A stretch of 64,000 bases of DNA from the NCBI GenBank assembly GCA_964276515.1, contig OZ193910.1:2418001-2482000 (forward strand), given 5' to 3'. The position numbers and the translations under genes are program-made. This stretch comes from Gordius albopunctatus (taxonomy: Eukaryota). Of this stretch, positions 56,301 to 64,000 are shown in pieces. The notes under the pieces are model-generated. The model worked only from the letters and a program-made list of their open reading frames with translations. It made no database searches and was not told the DNA's origin. Position 1 is the stretch's first letter; the number at the start of each line of letters is the position of its first letter.

Positions 56301-56721
56301 ATACAGTTATTTGTTTTTATTTTAATATATAAGTGAAGTTTTTATTTATACTCTCCACTTGTTAATTGAATTAACAAGTGTTGATTTTCCAGAATTTGGC
56401 AAACCAATAATTGAGACAACTAATGTATGTGGATTTTGAACAGATTCAGGTGCCAACTCCTTTAAATTTGCTTGCTCATCTATAGCAAAATTTTATATTA
56501 ATTAAACACAAGGATGTCATCAAATATGTAGCATTAGAATTTATTTTATATCAATTATATACTAAGAGTTAATCCAATTTTGCGCTTAAGAAAATTTTCT
56601 CCTAAGTCCCTGTCAGGAAAAGCTTCTATAGAAAAGCATCGCTTTTTGTTTAATAATAATTTTATTCCTATTTAAATTAAAGGGTTATAATTTAGATTTT
56701 ACTATTGCAAGCTAAAAGCAT
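50318..56721 (-). CDS. ERAL1: Mitochondrial Era-like GTPase, about 13 exons
   Basis: Transit-peptide-like MLLACNRIKLLLNKKRCFS; G1 GLPNSGKST; G2 VSKKVHTTR; G3 DTPGL; G4 LNKVD; G5 FMVSA; KH domain IRE.LL...IPY and IIIGPKG; GT-AG introns keep frame. Confidence 0.93.
50704..50999. repeat. Tandem repeat, 3 x 93-95 bp, in the last ERAL1 intron
   Basis: Unit CCAATTTTCCATTATACAAATGC...CTCTTTAGAATTTATAAAA starts at 50720, 50815 and 50908. Confidence 0.95.
54869..55042. mobile_element. Fold-back MITE with 10-bp TSD (Mutator-like)
   Basis: About 65-bp imperfect TIRs; ATCTAATGGC at 54859-54868 and 55043-55052. Confidence 0.8.
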
Positions 56722-56759
56722 GGTAGCAATAATGAATGTACCAGTAACAAATGGACTGC

Positions 56760-58022
56760 ATAAACATATGGCGATTATGTTGCCTATTAGGCTTGCCTAA
56801 GAAAATAACTATCATGATCTTTCTACTCTACGAAAACATGAAACTAGTTATTTCCCACCTCCACCATAAATCGGAGCCCATACCAGTAACATCGGATGTC
56901 AGGCAAGGTTGCCCGCTGTCCCCTCTCCTGTTTATAATTGCGATGGATCTAATAATGAAGAGATCCACACTTCCGACCGATGGTATCAAACTAAACGGCA
57001 CTACTCTATCATCCCTGCTGTTCGCAGAAGACATATGTCTAGTGGTCCCTTCTATTTCCAAAGCGCAACTTATGTTAGACAGGTTCAGCATCCAAGCCAA
57101 GCAAGCAGGATTGTTTATAAACCCCGACAAATGCTCAATGATTCGTATAAACGATTCTTTGAACTCTACTCTGGTAATCAACAACAACGTAATAAATGCA
57201 TCTCAAAAAGTCAGCTATTTGGGAGTGGACCTTACTCCAGATACCTACGCCGAAGCGGATGTCGAATCGAAGCTGCGTCGACCATGGTCAAATTCTACTC
57301 GTGCTCGGCGATTTGGCGCTCACGTCAACTGACGCTCAATACGCGTCTGAGGATTTTCAAAGTTACTATCCTATCAATTCTCCTATATGGTTGCGAATCT
57401 TGGTCACTAAAGGCTCCCAGCTTAAAGAAACTGCAAGTCAGTCTGAATAAAATGCTACGTATCGTTTCCCGGATATTTTATCCGACGAGAATAACCAACG
57501 AGGATCTATGGGTGCGCTGCAAAATCGCTCCAATTAAAAACATTCTGCTCGCGAGGAAATGGGGTTTTCTGCCTCACCAAGTACGAAGGAAGTGAACTAA
57601 CTACTGTATATCTTCCCTGTTCTGGTGTCCACCCCAGCTAAATGGTCTCAAATGCAATGGCAGCTGGCTCTAAAAGGTGTTTCGCGATGTCCAAACACTA
57701 GGTCATGATTGGAATTCATTGCTGACCATCATGCAAGACAGGAAACTTTGGAAAGACTTCTCAAAGGACCATTTACTGCGGCTCTCTCATTAAGGATCTT
57801 CACACGCATAATTCATTTACGACATTATCATTAAAAGCTTTAAATTAGTTTCAAGTCAATAGGTATTACATATTTACATGTCATAATTACATTGCATATT
57901 AACCATTTTGTTACAGCTTGCTTACACACGTTATCACTAGCATGGCCTGATGCGCCATTTGGCGTTAGAAGGGGCTCAGCCTTAGATTGCACTAACTAAG
58001 CTCTTGGGCGTCTTCGCGGTAA
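56760..58022 (+). mobile_element. 5'-truncated RTE-like LINE (RT C-terminal half) ending in (ACAT)n
   Basis: VRQGCPLSPLLF.I.MD, LLFAEDI, YLG, RLRIF...ILSILLYGCESW; one frameshift near 57280. Confidence 0.85.
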
Positions 58023-59278
58023 ACATACATACATACATACATACATACATACATACATACATACATACATACATACATACATACATACATACATACATAC
58101 ATACATACATACATACATACATACATACATACATACATACATACATACATACATACATACATACATACATACATACATACATACATACATACATACATAC
58201 ATACATACATACATACATACATACATACATACATACATACATACATACATACATACATACATACATACATACATACATACATACATACATACATACATAC
58301 ATACATACATACATACATACATACATACATACATACATACATACATACATACATACATACATACATACATACATACATACATACATACATACATACATAC
58401 ATACATACATACATACATACATACATACATACATACATACATACATACATACATACATACATACATACATACATACATACATACATACATACATACATAC
58501 ATACATACATACATACATACATACATACATACATACATACATACATACATACATACATACATACATACATACATACATACATACATACATACATACATAC
58601 ATACATACATACATACATACATACATACATACATACATACATACATACATACATACATACATACATACATACATACATACATACATACATACATACATAC
58701 ATACATACATACATACATACATACATACATACATACATACATACATACATACATACATACATACATACATACATACATACATACATACATACATACATAC
58801 ATACATACATACATACATACATACATACATACATACATACATACATACATACATACATACATACATACATACATACATACATACATACATACATACATAC
58901 ATACATACATACATACATACATACATACATACATACATACATACATACATACATACATACATACATACATACATACATACATACATACATACATACATAC
59001 ATACATACATACATACATACATACATACATACATACATACATACATACATACATACATACATACATACATACATACATACATACATACATACATACATAC
59101 ATACATACATACATACATACATACATACATACATACATACATACATACATACATACATACATACATACATACATACATACATACATACATACATACATAC
59201 ATACATACATACATACATACATACATACATACATACATACATACATACATACATACATACATACATACATACATACAT
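58023..59278. repeat. Perfect (ACAT)n microsatellite, about 314 units
   Basis: Read directly; no interruptions seen. Confidence 0.98.
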
Positions 59279-59433
59279 TTTACTTTATATATATAGACGT
59301 ACCCCAGTAAATTTTAATGTAATTAGTTCCATCAGTTAGGTAACCAAAACTGTATTCAGTTACCCTTGAAAAAATGTGATTGTAACTGTAATTAGTTACA
59401 TTTTTTGTAAATAACTGTAACCCAACTAGTTAC

Positions 59434-60017
59434 CATGGGCGTAGCCTTGGTGTAAGGCCGCCCCCCCCCTAAATGACAAAAAAAAATTCAATGCAAAAAC
59501 CCTCAAAAATTAAAAAAAATTATGTTTTGCCACCCCCCATAATTGAACTTTAAACGTCCCACCCTTCAATACAAAACCTGGATACGGCCATGTTAGTTAC
59601 TATAGAAAAGTAACTTTAACAGACTTTTTTCTCTTTGTATAAAATCATTCAAAAAAATTATCGTAAATAAATTTAAAAATTCCTGGTACGAATAAATATT
59701 TGTAAATTATAGGACGGTGAAAATCAGTTGTGAATTAATTCTCATTGTACCAATAAAGTATACATTACATACATCATCTTAAACTATCCCCTCATTCTTT
59801 TGTCATCGATACATTGCGTTACGCTTTTCAGGCGATAATTCTGTGACCATGGGCGTAGCCGGGGGGGGGGGGAAGTGAGGGGCGGCTGCCCCCCTCTAAA
59901 TGCAAAACTTTGCTGAAATTTATTTAAATTATGGCTAAAATTTCGAAAAACTATCATTTTGCCCCCCTCCATAAATCATTATTGCCCCCCTCTAATAAAA
60001 TGCTGGCTACACCCATG
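59434..60017. mobile_element. Two CATGGGCGTAG-family MITEs (59434-59592 and 59848-60017)
   Basis: Family TIRs; near-matching 8-bp TSDs CTAGTTAC/TTAGTTAC and TCTGTGAC/TTTGTGGC. Confidence 0.8.
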
Positions 60018-60086
60018 TTTGTGGCTCATAAATCCTACCATTCGGCTTATGGCACCAAGATGGATTCAAATTTTAAACAACCAAAT

Positions 60087-63000
60087 TGTAGAGAGGTAAT
60101 AGGAGTGCGAAGTGCCTCCGGGGATACGTTAGTTACCTGCGTGTTTACGTTATTGACCTGCATGTTGTCGATCAAATTATCGTTAATTGGTTGTAACTTA
60201 TATATGCGTTTGTTATATACGGTGATGGTAACTTTTTCGATTATTGTATCCCAGTCCTAATAGTTTATGTGAATAAAGATCCAGCCCTTCAACAGTGGCG
60301 TCGTGACGAAACCTACGCGGAGATGCAGAAATATAAAACAACGGCTAACATCGACGCTTTCATAACTCAATTTGAGTTATTCCTTAGGAACAATAAGACG
60401 GAGACAGATGAGCAAAAAGCCGCGCTATTATTAACCAGCCTCGAGGGGGATGCATTGCAATTAATACTAGAGGATTATAGACCGCAAGAGTTGACAGGAA
60501 TTACATACGAAGAAGCGCAAAAATCGGTTAAGGAAATTATTCCAGAGGAATTCATGTGCGAGGGCAAAGAGGTACGAATTCTCAAAGATTCGACAAGGCG
60601 AGGGAGAGACGATAGACGCATACGCTAATAGACTCAAGGCCGGGGCTAACAGCTGCAACTTCGGAAACGGAGAAGTGCAGAACAGAATCGTCGACCCATT
60701 CATTATAGGATTGCGCGATAGAAGCTTACAGGCGAGACTGTTGGCAGAAAATGACATCAAATAAGACCGCCTACAAGAGCTGGCATTAACGGCCGAGACG
60801 ATAAATGGGAGGCTAAGCACCTAGCAGGACGGGTCCGAAGAGGTGTGGGGCGTAGTGGCGAGACGAGAAGCGTGGCCTGGGGCGGTGCGGATTCCGAGGT
60901 TAAATCATGCTTTAGATGTGTTAACAGTTGATATATATATAAATAACGAGTTGATCCAATTTATCTTCGATACCGGCGCTACGGTTTCAATATTACCGGC
61001 GCGAAGATGGACGAAGGAGATCACACGCAACAAAGACGACGTCCCGACGGTGTACGCGTACGGCCACGGGGAAATAAAGATCGTAGCCAAGGTACAAGCC
61101 GATGTCCGATTGGGTAACACGAGGAAACAGCTGTCATTATTGCTAGCAGACGTAGCGGGGCCACCGCTATACGTGATCGATTGGATACAAGAATTTGAGC
61201 CCGAAATCTGGCGTCAAATACGTTGGAACTCGAGAGCTGCGGCGGAACGGTTCGCGGTCAATTACGTAGAAAGACCGAAGGATACCAACACCGCGATCCA
61301 GCACGTGATGAAGCAATGGGGTGGCCAGCTAAACGAATTCCTGCAAGAAATCAAGGGAATAACGGTGGAATTACCGTTAAAAGAGGGCATAAATCCCGTA
61401 TTTATCCCCGCACGAAGGGTGCCGATGGTGTGGAAGAAAGAAGTAGAAGAAGAGCTGAATAAATGGGTCAGAGACGGGGTGATGAAACCAATTGATTTCT
61501 CAAGATAAAGCGATGGGACTCTGCGATTATGTATAGACTACCGGTTTACGATAAATAAATACGCACAAGGGTTACTGTACCGCTTACCCAAAATCGACGA
61601 TTTGTTAAAGAAACTCGACTACGCGTGTTATTTTACGAAGCTGGACCTTACGAAAGCGTACTTACAGCTCGAATCAGGGCCAGAGACGAGCCAACGATTG
61701 ACGATCTCTACGCACAAGGGCTTATTTAAAGTTAACCGGATGCCGTTTGGCTTAAATTGTGTCGCGGCTATTTTCCAAAAAACAATGGACCAAATATTAG
61801 GAGGCATTGAGGGGGTAGCGGTATACATCGACGACATACGAATCGCAGGGGAAACCGAAGAAATTCACAACGAGTGGTTAATCAAAGTACTAGAAACGTT
61901 ACAAAAGTGGGGGTTCGTGCCAAACATTCCCAAGAGCATCCTGTGGGCGAAGCAAGTAGCCTTTTTGGGATAGGCAATAAGTAAAAAGGGGATTCAAATC
62001 AACGACAATAAAGCCGAAATAGTCAAGCAGTGGAAAAATTTAACAAACAAAAATGAAATAAAATCCTTTCTAGGATTAACAGCATACTTTTCAAAGTTCA
62101 TTAAGGACTACGCCAAAATCGTGCACCCGATTCAGAAACTAATAAAAAAAAATGTGGTGTACCACTGGGGGGGGGGAGAACAACCAGGCGAATTTTAAGC
62201 TATCAAGTCCGCGCTTACGAAAGCCCCGTACTGGCGTACTTTAATGGAGATTGGGAGACTGGCCTGGTCGTTCAGGGGCCATCTTACAGCAACGAGCATC
62301 AGGGAAGAATTGGAGGGTGGTGGCCTATGCGTCAAGAGCGTTAAACGATAGCGAAAGCCGGTATTCGACGATCAAACGAGAGGCCCTTGCGGTGGTGTAT
62401 GGACTAAAAAAGTTCAATTAATATATAAAAGGACGAAGCGTTACTATTATGACGGATTATAGACCGCTAGTATATATATTTGATCAGAGCAAAAGGGGCA
62501 AGGAACAATGGTCACCTCGTCTAACTAGGTGGGCGCTCATGGTGTCAGGCTAAACGACCAAGTTTGAGTACAACAAGGGATCCGAAAACGCGGCAGATTT
62601 CTTGTCTAGGAAACCGAACGAACACGCGTATTAGGTTAACAAGGAAATGCCAGACGACTCGATGAATCCGTTTATATCATTGGACTTAGTAAGACAACAC
62701 ACCTTCGATGATCCGGGGCTACGTCAATTAAAAGAATGGATGAGAGGTAAACAAAACACAATGGTCACGTGTGGTCTAAAACGCGCCTACGAAAAACACC
62801 TGCCAAAGTTGCATGAAGCCAAAAGCATAATATATTACAAAGGGCGACGAATATTAATTCCGGCTAAGTTACGAGGAGCGGTACTGCAAAGACTACATGG
62901 GGGCCACGTTGGTATCAAGCGAATGCAAGAAGTGGCGCGGCAGTATATATGGTGGCCTACTCTCGACGAGGACTTATTGAGCGTAGCGAAAGGATGCCGG

Positions 63001-64000
63001 AATTGCAATTACACGGCCACGGCGGCGAAGAAGGCACCGTTGATAGAGTGTCAACCTAGCCAAAAACCATGGGTCCAAGTACATATCGATATCATGGGGC
63101 CTCTCAAGGGTAAATCATACCTCGTGATGGTGGACAATAGTTCGAAATGAGTAGAGGTGTTTAAGTTAGAAGACACCACATCGACAACCATCATAAAAAA
63201 ACTTGCCGAGACGTTTGCGAGATTTAGAAATCCATCATGGCTAATATCGGATAATGGCCCACAATTCAAAGGACAGGATTTACAAAACATTTGCAAGATG
63301 AGAGGGATTAATCAGCGATGGACAGCTCCTTACCATCCTGCGTCGAACGGTTTGGCAGAAAGATACGTACGATTAATGAAAGAAGCCATCATGAGGAGTG
63401 AGTCGGAAGTAGGGATAAATAGATTTCTGGAAAACTATAGATCGACTAAACACCCCGCAACCAATAAAAGCCCGGCAGAGATGATGTTAAAAAGGCGTAT
63501 GCGAACCGAATGGGAGGTATTAAGGGAAACCGTACCACAACAATGGGTAGAGACCGGGAACCCACGAATGTTCAACGTAGGAGACTTGGTGTGGGTACGC
63601 ATGTTCCTGGGTCCAAGCAAATGGGTGGAAAGCACGATAAGGGCCAAACACGGAAGTCGTTCCTACGATGTATGGGCACAGGGAAGAAAGCACCACCGAC
63701 ACCTGGATCAAGTAAGGAAACGGAGGCTCCTGGATTGGACCACGCTGGGACAAGAGAACGAGTGGCCACAAAGAATATCATCAGAAAGGAAAGTGGGAAC
63801 AAATGCAAAACAGGGTGACAAGTGCGACAAGGGAACAAAGCCAAAACCAGACAGGAACGCCTAGGGAAGAACTGCTTGCGTGTTGTCGATCAAATTATCG
63901 TTATTTAACTTATATATGCGTTTGTTATATACGGTGATGGTCACTTTTTCGATTATTGTATCCCAGTCCTAATAGTTTATGTGAATAAAGATCCAGCCCT
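60087..64000 (+). mobile_element. Near-full-length degenerate Gypsy LTR retrotransposon (gag-PR-RT-RH-IN)
   Basis: 5' LTR 60087-60294 (TG...CA) followed by TGGCG; protease FDTGATVS; RT YIDD; RNase H AYASRAL; integrase H..H/C..C, SDNGPQF and YHPASNGLAER; partial 3' LTR from about 63872 to the window end; several stops and frameshifts. Confidence 0.93.

Noticed and set aside
50318..56721. Bacterial era gene or horizontal transfer
   Set aside because: It has many spliceosomal introns and a transit-peptide-like N-terminus, so it is ordinary nuclear ERAL1. An insertion between G4 and G5 is also a known ERAL1 trait.
48245..56721. Mitochondrial gene cluster or operon (UQCC1 + ERAL1)
   Set aside because: The genes are convergent, there are only two, and no shared regulation is evident.
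57982..59296. Four ORFs of about 430 aa (MYVC and IHTY repeats)
   Set aside because: Translation artefacts of the stop-free (ACAT)n microsatellite.

Overview
AT-rich eukaryotic (invertebrate-like) genomic window; the organism cannot be identified from sequence alone. It holds five spliced protein-coding genes reconstructed by hand: FSTL4/5-like (+, 10617-15936), ChaC gamma-glutamylcyclotransferase (+, 22823-28407), erlin (-, 32093-35275), UQCC1/Cbp3 (+, about 48245-49683) and mitochondrial Era/ERAL1 (-, 50318-56721). There is also one intact tRNA-Pro(TGG). Between the genes lies a dense transposon landscape: two related degenerate Gypsy elements, a TRIM-like LTR element with a tRNA-Trp PBS, a scrambled DIRS-like cluster, CRE-like and RTE-like non-LTR elements, non-autonomous Helitrons, many hAT-type MITEs and a 1.26-kb perfect (ACAT)n array. 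The most notable observations are (1) a hAT element, delimited by TIRs and a perfect 8-bp TSD, that encloses the tRNA-Pro gene (Pack-type capture); (2) repeated 33-41 nt GT-AG micro-introns in all five genes; and (3) a microsatellite that fuses a LINE tail to a Helitron head just upstream of ERAL1. I found no convincing new enzymatic system. All family assignments come from motif recognition by eye, not from database searches.
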